From Terriglobia bacterium (GTDB lineage: Bacteria; Acidobacteriota; Terriglobia; 20CM-2-55-15): a stretch of DNA of 64,000 nucleotides. The stretch is from NCBI GenBank assembly GCA_965218585.1, contig CBDCLE010000002.1, forward strand, positions 352,001-416,000, read 5' to 3'. A program made the position numbers and the translations under genes. Below are positions 30,920-41,486 of this stretch, in pieces. Position 1 is the stretch's first letter. Each line of letters opens with the position of its first letter. The notes below the pieces were generated by a model. That model was not told the DNA's origin. It saw only the letters and a list, made by a program, of their open reading frames with translations, and searched no databases.

Positions 30920-31354
30920 ATGAATTCCGCCCAAATCGTTACGAGCCTCGAACGCGAGAGGCAACTACTCGAAGAATTCCGCAGCGTGTCCGAGCAGCAA
31001 CTCAGGCTCATCGAAGATGAAAACATCGACGGTGTCGAAAGCTTACTCGGCCGGCGGGCTGACCTGATGGTGGAACTGACCGCTATCGAGTCGACCCTGG
31101 CAACGTGGATCTCCCAGATCCGCCATGACCCTTCCGTCACTCCGGAGATGATGCAGGAGCTGCGGTCGCTAAACGATGAAATTGTAGACCTTGCAAAGGA
31201 AGTGGTCGCAATCGATGCCGAGACTCACTGGAAGCTCGATCTGATTCGCGAACGGACGCAGGCTGAGTTGAAGGATATCGATACCAGCGTCCGGGCCCTG
31301 ACTCAGTACGGATCCAGCGTCGAAGCACAGCCCCGACTCGACATCGACGGGTAA
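30920..31354 (+). CDS. FliT/FlgN-like helical flagellar chaperone
   Basis: Helical 144-aa protein directly after fliS; AGGAG RBS. Confidence 0.6.
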   Translation: MNSAQIVTSLERERQLLEEFRSVSEQQLRLIEDENIDGVESLLGRRADLMVELTAIESTLATWISQIRHDPSVTPEMMQELRSLNDEIVDLAKEVVAIDAETHWKLDLIRERTQAELKDIDTSVRALTQYGSSVEAQPRLDIDG

Positions 31355-31550
31355 GCCGAGAGGCGTCTCTCCCGGTCAACCGGTCTAATTTGCCTACCCG
31401 GCAATTTTGACCTGCTTCGAACCTGCAACTCGGAGCACACCGCTCGCCTTCTCCCCTCTCATCGCGAGAGTCATGGAAGTTCAAGAACGCCCGAACTCTA
31501 CGGTCGGAGTGCGCGAGTAAACGATTCAGTTAGTTTTTGTCACAAGGGCC

Positions 31551-31578
31551 TAAAGTACTGTGGCAACGATTCCGATAG
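31551..31578 (+). promoter_or_regulatory. sigma28 promoter of fliC copy 2
   Basis: TAAA-N16-TCCGATAG. Confidence 0.78.
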
Positions 31579-31699
31579 AGAAGATATCTGGCTAGGAGAA
31601 GGCCAGGTTAAGCAAGGACAAAAGGGAATACCCCGCAAGGAAGCTGGGGCCCAACATTCACGGAGGATAACAATTCATGAGTTTTTCAGTAGTAACCAA

Positions 31700-33064
31700 G
31701 AGGTCATTACAAAAGGTGTGTAAAAGTCATCAGGCGGCGGCCTTCGATTTCATCACGACTCTGATGCCGTCAGCGAATTGCTGACCATCATAGACCTCTT
31801 GTAAGAGTTCGGATCCTTTTAAGTGTCGCCAAGCCTTCTCAGCGACACGTAGTAGCTTCCAGATCATTGCCGTTGCATTCTCGACACGCTTGAATCGGCG
31901 AGCGGCGTTGGTGCGGAGGCGAACCATGTCGAAGGGCGATTCGACGATGTTGGTTGTTCTCAGATGCACCCAGTGTTGTTTCGGGAACTCATAGAAAGTA
32001 ATCATCCGGTCCCAGTCCCGCAACAGCGTCTCACCCGCTTTGGGATAGTTCTTCTCATATCGGCGGACGAACTGATCCCGCTTTCGTTCGCAGGCCGCGC
32101 GGGAGTTCGCGAAGGCCATCCCATGAAGCAGCTGTCTGGCCGCGGGCTGCTCGGTCTTCGGCAGATGATCGACCACGTTGATCGACTTGTGGTTCCAGCA
32201 GCGTTGTTCCTGGCCCTGGGGCTGTTGCTCGGCCAGCGCGGACCAGATGCCCAGGTGACCGTCCGCGACAGTCAGTCGTCCCAGCTTCAGGCCCCGTCTC
32301 TGGAGATTGCGCAGAATGCGGCTCCAGGACTCCTTGCTTTCCCGCTGCCCGCTCTCACAGGCCAACACCACTTTGCGCCCGTCTGACAAGGCTCCGATGA
32401 TCACCAGCAATGCCGCTCGCTCTTTCGCGATCCCCGCTTTCACGTACAAGCCGTCTGCCCACTGGTACACGACCTCGAGGCCGGACAGGTCCTGCTGGAC
32501 CCACTCGTCATACTCCAACTGCCAGGTCGATTTCAGTCGTTGGATCGATGCTCGCGACAACGGAGCGCCAGCGCCAAGCAGTCCGCGCATGGCCTGCTCG
32601 AAGTCCCCTGTGGCCAGACCGTGGAGGTAGAGATCGGGAAATAGCTCGCCCAGCTGTTTCGATTTCCGTCGAAAATACGGCAGGATCTGACTCTCGAACC
32701 GCTCGGCGGTGTTTCGAACCCGAGGTCGTCGAACCTCCATCGTACCGTTCATCATTGCGAAGCGTCGCGGCTTCCCGTGACCGTTCCGGTATCCTCGTCG
32801 ATTCGGACTCCGCTCCGACTTTTCCCGACCCAGAAATTGAGTGACTTCGTCCTCGAGCAGCTCCTGTAGCCAGACTTGGACCCGGGATCGCGCCCAGTCC
32901 TCCAAACCTTCATACGCGTTCGTTGACGCCACTGATGCCGGTATGTTCTTCTTCTTCATGGGTGGTGTACCTTTCTCCCGATTGCTGCCGGGATTGCTTA
33001 CGGTTTCGAATTCACCAAAAGCGTACACCGCCTTCTCTTTTTACACACCGATTGGAACGACCTC
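31700..33064 (-). mobile_element. IS256-family insertion sequence
   Basis: IRs gaggtcattacaaaaggtgtgtaaaa / ttttacacaccgattggaacgacctc; 8-bp TSD GTAACCAA (31692-31699, 33065-33072). Confidence 0.95.
31730..32959 (-). CDS. IS256 transposase
   Basis: YRNGH, WADG, ADG, QRCWNHK and RTTNIVES motifs. Confidence 0.93.
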   Translation of the reverse strand: MKKKNIPASVASTNAYEGLEDWARSRVQVWLQELLEDEVTQFLGREKSERSPNRRGYRNGHGKPRRFAMMNGTMEVRRPRVRNTAERFESQILPYFRRKSKQLGELFPDLYLHGLATGDFEQAMRGLLGAGAPLSRASIQRLKSTWQLEYDEWVQQDLSGLEVVYQWADGLYVKAGIAKERAALLVIIGALSDGRKVVLACESGQRESKESWSRILRNLQRRGLKLGRLTVADGHLGIWSALAEQQPQGQEQRCWNHKSINVVDHLPKTEQPAARQLLHGMAFANSRAACERKRDQFVRRYEKNYPKAGETLLRDWDRMITFYEFPKQHWVHLRTTNIVESPFDMVRLRTNAARRFKRVENATAMIWKLLRVAEKAWRHLKGSELLQEVYDGQQFADGIRVVMKSKAAA

Positions 33065-33975
33065 GTAACCAACCTTTCTTCAATCAACGCCCAAGCAACG
33101 TTGAACCAAACCAGCACCGGACTCCAGAGAACTCTGGCTCGTCTGACTTCTGGATTTCGGATCAACAGCGCCTCTGACGACGCTGCCGGCCTGGCCGTCG
33201 CGAACCGTCATAAACTGGATAACACCGGTCTCACCATCGGTATCCGGAGTGCGAACGACGCGATCAGCAAGCTGCAGATCGAAGACGGAGCATTGAACAA
33301 CATCTCTTCGCTGCTTGATCGAGCCCTGACTCTGGCCAGCCAGGCCGCATCGGACACCTTCACGGGTTCCAGAGCGACTCTGGACGCCGAGTTCCAGTCG
33401 GTTCTGTCTGAAATCAGCAGAAACGCCCAGGCTGCCGGCATCGAAACCAGCAACGCAAACCTGAACGCCCGTTCGGTCTTCGTTGGAAACACGACGACCA
33501 ACACTTCAGCGAGCGTCACCTACGTTTCGTTCGCTCTGACCACGGCAGTAGATGCTGAGGGTCTTGGCATCAGCACGCAGAGCATCACCAGCCAGGCGAA
33601 TGCTGCCACCGCGATCTCGAATATCCAGACCGCGATCGGCACGCTGGGTACAGTCCAGGGCCGCGTGGGTGCTGCGATGAACCGGCTGAGCTTCGCGATC
33701 TCGCAGGCGCAGACGATGTCTGTCAGTGTGAAGGCTTCGGAGTCCCGGATCCGGGATGCGAACATAGCTGAGGAAGCGGCTCAGTTGACGAAGTTCAACA
33801 TCCTGACCCAGTCCGGTTTGGCCGCACTGTCTCAGGCGAACCAGTCTTCGCAGTCGGTGCTTCAGCTGCTCCGGTAGTTCTTGAAATTCAACGGGGGGCG
33901 ATAGCCGTCCCTGGCCATACGATCAAACAGTAGGATCGCTCCCGGATCATAGACCAGCTGACAACGAAACCCATA

Positions 33976-34005
33976 GAAAAAGCCCGGCTTCTGCCGGGCT
34001 TTTTC
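33976..34005. terminator. bidirectional intrinsic terminator
   Basis: gaaaaagcccggc-ttct-gccgggctttttc between convergent genes. Confidence 0.9.
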
Positions 34006-34022
34006 ACGTTGACGACTTCTGA

Positions 34023-36127
34023 CTAACTCGCAGCTTCATCGTCTTTCAAACGAGACAGCTCCTCTTCGGCCTCTGCGAGTCGGTCTCTCTTCGTCGAGAG
34101 TTCCTTATAAACGCCTGACAGGCGTTGGCGTTCGGTCGCGAGTTCCCGCTCCAGCGTCCCCAGCCGTTCTCTTTCGAGGGACAACTCCTGCTTCAGTTCT
34201 TCGAGCCTGACGTTCACGTTCTTTAGGGACGTTTCTCCTTCGGGCAGTCCGACGTCTTCAAACGACTCTTTCCGGGATTGACCGGTTTTCGCCCTGAACG
34301 TAGCCTCAAGAAATTCTCTCCCGAAGCTCTGGTCCGGCTCCAGATAGCAACCTTCCGCCCATTCGTTCCAGGCGTTGATGAAAACAAATCTCTCCTCTCG
34401 GGGAAAATCTCGAATCGTTCTGCGAATGGATTCCGCAAGCCAGAATTCGTAATTCGAAGGGGTAGGGTTCAGCGTCAGGAAGGAACGTGGGCCCACGCGC
34501 GGTGTCTGGTCCCAGGAAGGAGAAACCGTACGAAACACATTCGCTGGCTCGTATTCGCGGTCGAGATAGGACTCGGCGAGTGTTTCGTACTCCACAACGT
34601 TACCGTGGAAAGGTGTATAGAAATCGATCAGTTCGTTGATGTTCTGGCAATTGTTATTGTGCGGCGGAAACTGAACTCCGCTGTCAAAGCCGAACTTCGC
34701 ATAATTCTCATTCTCATTGGTAAGTGCGGCACAAAGGTGGATCGGACCAATCCCGATGTTTTCGCAATGCTCTCGCCAGATCTTCGCGCTGTTAGGCGGG
34801 TTCAGAAGGCGTTGTGGTTCGTAAACGATCAGGAAGGGTTTGCCGTCGAGTCTGATGTAGCGCGAATCATTGAAAAACGGAATCACGCTCTCAATAAAAT
34901 CCAGGTCATCAGTCGGCAGATGCTTTTGCCCGATAAGAATCTCGTCGTCAGCTCCGTCCCACCGTCGGGTCCAATTCTCATTGGCCCAGCAGAGGCAGAA
35001 GGGCATTCGCTGGCCCGATCACCCAGCATCTCGTCAAGGGGGCCATTTAAAATCCGAGTGCCGGAAAACCAATAGTAGTGGTAGCAAAATCCGTCAATGC
35101 CGTACTCCCTGGCGAGTGCGATCTGCTCGTGACGCACCTGGCGCACCCTCAGATCGTAAAAACCCAGATCGGCCGGCAGGCGAGGTTGGTAGTGGCTTTC
35201 AAATAGGGGTTCGGCCTTAGTCACATTCGTCCATTCGGTGAAACCCTTTCCCCACCAACGGTCGTTTTCGGGGATGGGATGAAATTGCGGCAGGTAAAAC
35301 GCGATCAGCCGGGTCGGATCGCCATGTGGCCAGACTTCCGGCGATTCTTCTGAAACGGGGTATGCCGCCACCTCCCTTTCCCGCCCGGCATCCTCTTCAG
35401 GCTTTCCTTGGCCCGACAAGGCAAGCAGGGATATACCAGGCCTGTCCGACGTCTTCGGAACTACCTTTGCGACGACCTGATAGACCCGGCCAAAGCGATT
35501 CTCCAGAAGCGCAGTTCTTTTCGTGGGAGCAGTTCTCGCCCACACTTCGGCGAACTCAGTGTCTTCAGGAAAAGGAGTTACAAATCTTACATCCACAATA
35601 GCGAGATTCGCACCGTCGAAGAGCGTCTGAATATTCTTCATTCCAAAAAAACGAATGTGCCCTTCATCCAGCAGACCGGCATCCCGGTATTCCAGATCAT
35701 CGTCCAAGAGGCTGGCGAGCATTCCGACGTATCCGGCATGAGGAATGGAAACGACGATCGCACCATCATCGTGGATCAGGCCTGGTATCTGTTGGAGAAC
35801 AGACCATGGATCGTAGAGGTGCTCCAGCACATCGGCGGCAACCACCGCATCAAAGGCGGCCTCTCCTTCCAGAGCCTCCGGCCACGACGCGTCGTTCAGA
35901 TCGATCCGATACACCTTGTCGCAGGCCGTTTCCAGACGAGAGAGAACTTCCTCGTCAAGCTCCACAGCTGTGACTCGACAGTTGTAAGCTTCCTTCAGGA
36001 CACGCGATATTGAACCGGGTCCAGCCCCGAGCTCGAGCACGCGCTGGCCCTCGCCCACCATTTTGACGACGTGCGCGGGCGCGGAATCATCGTCGACGTC
36101 GATCACGTAATCGTATTTGTGGCCCAT
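34023..36127 (-). pseudogene. SAM methyltransferase + WbsX/GH99-like + coiled-coil fusion, frameshifted
   Basis: [17 protein letters not shown] and GFCYHYYWF; then [12 protein letters not shown] and INAWNEWAEG in another frame; shift at about 35006. Confidence 0.82.
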
Positions 36128-36152
36128 TCTGAAAGCTCGAAGCAGAGCGGGA

Positions 36153-36941
36153 TCAGCTCAAGGTTTTTTGCCAGAAAACACCGACGCCGTCGATTTCCTG
36201 GAGTTGGGGCGAAATGTTTCTGTCCGCAAGGAAATCTCCGATCGCATCCCTGCATCCCTCAACGACGTGGTAGTCATCCACGATCACATAGCCTCCTACG
36301 GAGAGCTTATCGTAAAGGGAATCCATGGCGACGACTGTAGACTCATACAGGTCTCCGTCCAACCGCAAGAGAGCCAGCGTTTCAATAGGTGCAGTGGGCA
36401 AGGTGTCCTTGAACCAGCCCTTCAGAAAAACGACCTGGTCGTCAAGGAGCCCGTACTTTGCGATGTTTTCACGAACGATCTCGAAGGAAACAGAAAGCTC
36501 TTCAAACGTGTGGTAATCGGAGCTGGCGTCCGAAGGGTAACGCTGGGCGTCGGGAACCGGCAGGCCTTCGAAGGAGTCGGCCACCCAGACGCGACGGTCT
36601 GTCACGTTGTAGGCGCTCAACACCGCCCGCATCAGAATACAAGCGCCTCCCCGCCAGACACCCGTCTCTATAAGATCGCCGGGAATCTCGTTTTGAATGA
36701 CATCTTCGGCAAGCTGGCGCAAATTGGCCAGTCTCTTGACGCCGATCATCGTGTGGGCCAAGGAGGGCCAGTCACGTCCGACTTCTCGAAGCGCAGGATC
36801 GTATACCGTTGTACCCAGGGCCTCCAGGGGCTTGTCTTCGTAGATCGTACCGGTCAAACATTTTTCGATCAGCGACAGATAGCGATCACGCAGGTGATCG
36901 ACTTCGTCCGTAGGGGGGGGGCCTTTTCGTAATTCTTTCAT
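36153..36941 (-). CDS. TylF/MycF/NovP-family O-methyltransferase
   Basis: [32 protein letters not shown] and DDY motifs. Confidence 0.92.
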   Translation of the reverse strand: MKELRKGPPPTDEVDHLRDRYLSLIEKCLTGTIYEDKPLEALGTTVYDPALREVGRDWPSLAHTMIGVKRLANLRQLAEDVIQNEIPGDLIETGVWRGGACILMRAVLSAYNVTDRRVWVADSFEGLPVPDAQRYPSDASSDYHTFEELSVSFEIVRENIAKYGLLDDQVVFLKGWFKDTLPTAPIETLALLRLDGDLYESTVVAMDSLYDKLSVGGYVIVDDYHVVEGCRDAIGDFLADRNISPQLQEIDGVGVFWQKTLS

Positions 36942-36970
36942 TCGTCTCTTGGGTACAAGCCTTCGACTTA

Positions 36971-37609
36971 CTACTTCACTTTCCTGAGATAGCCTTTCGG
37001 ATTCCAGGTAATGCAATAGTCCTCCCGTTCCCGATCGACCACAAAGTCTTCATTCGCGTCAACAAACGTCTCGGCGGCTTCGTATGGTCCTGGTTGAGGT
37101 CCCATGTCCAGTCCGTGATGGCATATTCCATCCTCAACGATAAAGTACTGACCGACACCCACAAGAGGTGCATATGCTTTGAGAACTTTCAGCGTGTTCT
37201 CGAAGGTGTGGGCACTGTCTTCGATGATCATCACCTGGTCACTCTTCTTGAGTGAACCCTCGACCTCTGAAAGCATCGTCCGTGCGTCTCCGGTAAACAA
37301 TGTTATTCGCGGATGACCCCTGACCTCGGGAACTACCTTTTCGCCGTCGCTGTCCACGCCGATAACCCGTCCCTGCCCTATGGCATCAAACGTGTGTGCA
37401 AGTGCCAGCGTGCTACCGCCACAGAAATTGCCAATCTCGATCACGACATCCGGGCGGGCTTCCCACATGATTTCCTGATACATCCAGAAATCCAGAGGAT
37501 TTTTCAGCGTAGGTATCCCATGGTAGGTCGAGCGTTCCATAATTCGTTCCTGTAGGACAGGCAGGACTCTAGACAAAGGCCAGTCCAACGACTCTTCCAT
37601 AAACGGCAT
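36971..37609 (-). CDS. CmcI / cephalosporin-hydroxylase-family methyltransferase
   Basis: KNPLDFWMYQE, IEIG, EDSAH and TWNPKGYL motifs. Confidence 0.88.
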   Translation of the reverse strand: MPFMEESLDWPLSRVLPVLQERIMERSTYHGIPTLKNPLDFWMYQEIMWEARPDVVIEIGNFCGGSTLALAHTFDAIGQGRVIGVDSDGEKVVPEVRGHPRITLFTGDARTMLSEVEGSLKKSDQVMIIEDSAHTFENTLKVLKAYAPLVGVGQYFIVEDGICHHGLDMGPQPGPYEAAETFVDANEDFVVDREREDYCITWNPKGYLRKVK

Positions 37610-37788
37610 CCGCGATTCACTCCTTATCCCTATCCTAGGGCAGCTGTCCGAGCGGCAGCCATCAGCCTGGGCCACCACCCGATTTGGCCGAAACCCGAAG
37701 CCAGTTTATCATTGTCGGCGAGCGAACTATCGTAGCCCACGAAGGGGTTCATGTCCTCTTCCGGGTGCCATAGGGCCCGTCCAAAACT

Positions 37789-39105
37789 ATGATTCGTGCA
37801 AGCAAAATCTCCAAGTGTTACCGAATATACCAACGTCCCCTCGATCACCTAAAGGAAGCTCTGACTTTCGGCCGAAAGCAATTCCATGAACCTTTCTGGG
37901 CTCTGAGAGATGTGGACCTGGAAGTTCCGCGTGGTTGCTGCCTTGGAATCATAGGCGAAAACGGATCGGGCAAGAGCACACTGCTTCGAATCATTGCGGG
38001 TGTCGCCAAGCCCACTTCAGGCAATATCGCGGTCGACGGACGGGTCTCAGCCCTGCTCGAACTGGGCGCCGGTTTCAACCCGGAGTTCACTGGCCGGGAC
38101 AATGTCCTCCTGAACGCATCCATTCTCGGATTCACCGATTCCGAAACGCGGGCCCGCATGCCATCCATTGAGAAGTTCGCCGAAATCGGTGAGTTCGTGG
38201 ACCGGCCCGTCAAGACGTATTCGAGCGGGATGTTTGTTCGGCTTGCCTTTGCCGTGGCCATTCACATGGATCCGGATATTCTCGTCGTCGATGAGGCCCT
38301 CTCTGTGGGTGATCTCTATTTTCAGCAACGCTGCATCCGTCGCATTCAACATCTCAAGCAGCAGGGTGTCACAATCGTCTTTGTTTCCCACGATCTGGAA
38401 GCTCAGCGTAGTCTTGCCGACCGGGCACTGTGGGTAGATCACGGCCGCGTGGTCCTCGAAGGCCGACCTGACGACGTCGCTTCCAGATACGCGGCAGCCA
38501 TGATGGCGCGAGGCGATAAAGAGATGATGGCAGACGAAGAACTCGGCAGAGGCCTCCGGGTTTCCGATGAACTGGCGATCTCGGAAGAGGCGCTCTCGAG
38601 AATCCCGCCGTTTGTGACCTCGATCCCGAACGTCGATCATCGCCACGGCAACCGTAAGGCCCGAATCGAAGGGATCGGAGTTTACGGGGGAGAAGGTCAT
38701 CCGGTAACCAGCGTCGGACAGGGTGACCGCCTCTCGATCCGGATTTCGGTGGAATTCGCCGAAGACGTGGACAAACCCAATGTCGGTTTCATGTTGCGCA
38801 ACAGATTGGGCGAGGACGTGACCGGGACAAACGTGATGTTTGAGGGGGAAAGGCTCCCACCGGCTCGCGCCGGCGATCAGATGTCGGTCGACTTCGTCAT
38901 GGATCTGCCTCTCCTGCAGGGAGGCTTCTATCACTTCTCGCCCGCCGTTGCGGAGGGAACTCTCAACGAATACGAAATGTGCGACTGGGTTGAGAACGCT
39001 TACGCCGTAGAAGTGGTGCAGCGCACGACCACACACGGGCACATGCGGATTCCGATGCGTGTTCGGGCGGTTACGCTCCCAGGCGAGACCTCAGAAGTCC
39101 AATAA
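37789..39105 (+). CDS. Wzt-type polysaccharide ABC exporter ATPase with Wzt_C domain
   Basis: GENGSGKST, YSSGMFVRLAF and VDEALSVGD motifs; C-terminal HGNRKARI beta-sandwich extension. Confidence 0.92.
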   Translation: MIRASKISKCYRIYQRPLDHLKEALTFGRKQFHEPFWALRDVDLEVPRGCCLGIIGENGSGKSTLLRIIAGVAKPTSGNIAVDGRVSALLELGAGFNPEFTGRDNVLLNASILGFTDSETRARMPSIEKFAEIGEFVDRPVKTYSSGMFVRLAFAVAIHMDPDILVVDEALSVGDLYFQQRCIRRIQHLKQQGVTIVFVSHDLEAQRSLADRALWVDHGRVVLEGRPDDVASRYAAAMMARGDKEMMADEELGRGLRVSDELAISEEALSRIPPFVTSIPNVDHRHGNRKARIEGIGVYGGEGHPVTSVGQGDRLSIRISVEFAEDVDKPNVGFMLRNRLGEDVTGTNVMFEGERLPPARAGDQMSVDFVMDLPLLQGGFYHFSPAVAEGTLNEYEMCDWVENAYAVEVVQRTTTHGHMRIPMRVRAVTLPGETSEVQ

Positions 39106-39658
39106 CTTTTTCGTAGATGGCGCGGCCGGACGTTCCCTCGGGCAGGGCTCTGTCCCGGAACCGCCGGAATTGCTCGAGCATCTTCCAGCCCGTACTCTCG
39201 CGGATCAGATTGAGCTCGGACCTCATGTCACGGAGTTGGTCCGAAACAGTATCGTGTTTCGCCTGGAGATAAGCCAGGTCTCCTTGCAGCTGCTCAGCTT
39301 GCTTCCTCCGCCATTCCAGAGCTTCGTCCTTCGAAGCAGAGGCCTTCTCCAGCTCTTCGACCTGCTCCGCCCGCCAGGCCAGAGCTTCGTCGTTTGAAGT
39401 AATCGTCCGATGGAGCCGTTCGATCTCCTCCTCAAGATAAGCTTGAGCCTTGTCGAGAGCCTTGACCTGCCTCTCGCGCCAGGCAACAGCCTCCTGCAGT
39501 GAAGCGTTGGTCACTTTCAACTTCGACAACTGAGCTTCCTGCCATTTCAGCGTCTCAGCTTGATATGTCCCGGTCTCAGGCCGACTCTGGGCGGACCTTC
39601 CGGGCGTCTCCCCGTCTTTATGCAGAGCCCCTCCTGCATTTGGGCGGCTTTTCTTCAT
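39071..39658 (-). CDS. coiled-coil hypothetical protein (glycan-locus type C-terminus)
   Basis: Heptads with recurring ALxWR; ends STGWKMLEQFRRFRDRALP; ATGA overlap with the upstream gene. Confidence 0.7.
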   Translation of the reverse strand: MKKSRPNAGGALHKDGETPGRSAQSRPETGTYQAETLKWQEAQLSKLKVTNASLQEAVAWRERQVKALDKAQAYLEEEIERLHRTITSNDEALAWRAEQVEELEKASASKDEALEWRRKQAEQLQGDLAYLQAKHDTVSDQLRDMRSELNLIRESTGWKMLEQFRRFRDRALPEGTSGRAIYEKVIGLLRSRLGA

Positions 39659-41173
39659 AGGCCAACCCCAAAGAGCTGGATCACCTCGCCTGTCGGAAGA
39701 GCAAAAGAGTCAATGACGCGGAACGAATTCGGATCACCGAGCATGTGCTCAACAATAAGCTGGCGATCCGGAGAGAACAAGAACGAACCGGGAACGCCGT
39801 AGTTGCCCTCCGAAACCAGAATGAAGTCATTGTCGGCGATCGCGGCTTCGTCAAACGCCCACAATCGATTTATCGTAACGTCCTCTTCCCTGAGAGCAAT
39901 GTAAAGCTCGAAAGCCCGTGGATCGAAGCGCGCTATGTCGGGCACGATCCCGAGCCGCACCGCGCTGCCATCCCCAGACTGGACCGCATCGAGTACCTGT
40001 TCAATCTTCCAGTCCTCGCTGGCGGGGCGGCCCCAAAGCCCAAAGTAGCTTTGGGCATAGACATTCCAATTGTACGAGAGTGGCCCCCGGACACCCTCCA
40101 TCAACACGACTCTCTCCGGCAGGCTGCGAATCCCAAAGGAAACCAGGTAATGCTGAAAAACGAGAAACGGCACCAGAACGGCAAGCAGGATCTGTTTCTT
40201 CTCAAAAACCTTGGCGGTTATCAAAGCCACTGCCGGCAGGAGAGGCACGCTATAACGAGGATCCTTGTTTTGAAAGAGCATCAGACCGAACCATCCACTG
40301 AGAATCCAGAAACCAATCGGCGCCCATCGAGGGTCGAAGCGCCGCGCTACCAGCACCGCTCCGGCGATAAAGACAATGAAGAGGGGCAAAAACACTTGAT
40401 AGCCTTCAAGGGCCCGGACGTAGAACACCACCGCCTGAAAGCTGATTCGGGGAGGATCGCCTTCTCCCACACCGTCGTTCGTATTCAGGGCAAGGAACTC
40501 GGTCAGTGAGGTCAGCTGGGGGAGATACCAATAGGCCGCCACGATCAGTGCAGCGCCCGCACTTATCGCAGCGTTCTTTACGTTTTTGCGGGCAAACCAG
40601 ATGAACGGGAAGGCAAGGAAAAATGCGAACGTCCACTTTGTCAGCATGCCGAGCCCGCAGACGACGCCGAAAATCATGGACCAGTTCCGATTGTCTAGGC
40701 CTTTCGACACAAGCAGCCACATTGCGAGCGCCACCATGCTCGTCAGCCAGTAGTCCATCATCGCTTCTCTGGACAGCCACAGCATGAGTGGGTAAAAGCT
40801 CACGAGGACGGCCGCACTTGCAGCTCCAATTGGGGAAAGGACGGTCTTGCCAATTCCGTACGTCGCGATCATGAGAAGAAGGATCGCTGGCAAATTCGCC
40901 CACAGGGCCGCATCGACGCTTCTGCCAAAGACGCTATAAAAGAGCGCCACGATCGACTGATACAGCGGGGGGGTAATAACCTGTAAGTCCGCCCCCAACC
41001 GATGCCATGGCGTCGATCACAGAAGTGGTCCGGAACGCCTCGTAGATCCTGAGCGCCGCGCTCTGGTGGGCCGCCATATCCCAGAAAGGCGGCCGCGTAT
41101 CGTAGGCGATCCAAACCAGGTTGGTCGCGATCAAATACGCTCCAGAAAGAAACAGCAGCATTTGATGTCGCAT
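39655..41173 (-). pseudogene. ArnT/GT39-like (GT-C) membrane glycosyltransferase, frameshifted
   Basis: PPFWDMAAH...GYYPP continues into PPLYQ only if C7 (40967-40973) is C6; multi-TM, with LTKW and KDPRY; start may instead be TTG 41182. Confidence 0.8.
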
Positions 41174-41225
41174 ATGGCTCAATCCATTGATGATAGCTCT
41201 ACGGAAGTCAAAAGTTAACAGCTAA

Positions 41226-41371
41226 CCCGCTTTTCTCACCGGTTGTCGTCGCGAAGCGTCGCAGACCCCGTCAGGACAAGGCGCGCGCCGGGAGGGCGAC
41301 CGAGACCAAGCACAACCGAGTCATGGCGGATGTATCCGGCGCTGTAGCAGACCACTGGTGAGAAATGCGGG
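41226..41371. mobile_element. 146-bp MITE with IS1380-type ends
   Basis: cccgcttttctcacc ... ggtgagaaatgcggg, similar to the IS1380 IRs; flanked by CTAA / CTGA. Confidence 0.75.
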
Positions 41372-41486
41372 CTGACTAAGAGTCCAGAGTCAACTCTCAG
41401 GCGCCGAGGTCAGGAGCATCCCTCCAGAACGGTTCTCCGCGCCTATGTAGTTGATCTGTGGTTAGTAGGGAAGGAAAAAGAAGGAT

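Larger units (their letters stand above)
31677..33877 (+). pseudogene. fliC: flagellin copy 2, interrupted by IS256 at codon 8
   Basis: Removing the IS and one TSD restores MSFSVVTNLSSINAQATLNQ..., collinear with copy 1. Confidence 0.94.

Noticed and set aside
26309-33877. TnpB/TldR- or CRISPR-type RNA-guided control of the flagellin/csrA genes
   Set aside because: No TnpB/Cas-like ORF and no repeat-spacer array was seen anywhere in the window.
37630-37788. Possible wzm remnant upstream of wzt
   Set aside because: No hydrophobic or Wzm-like reading frame was recognisable in this short gap.
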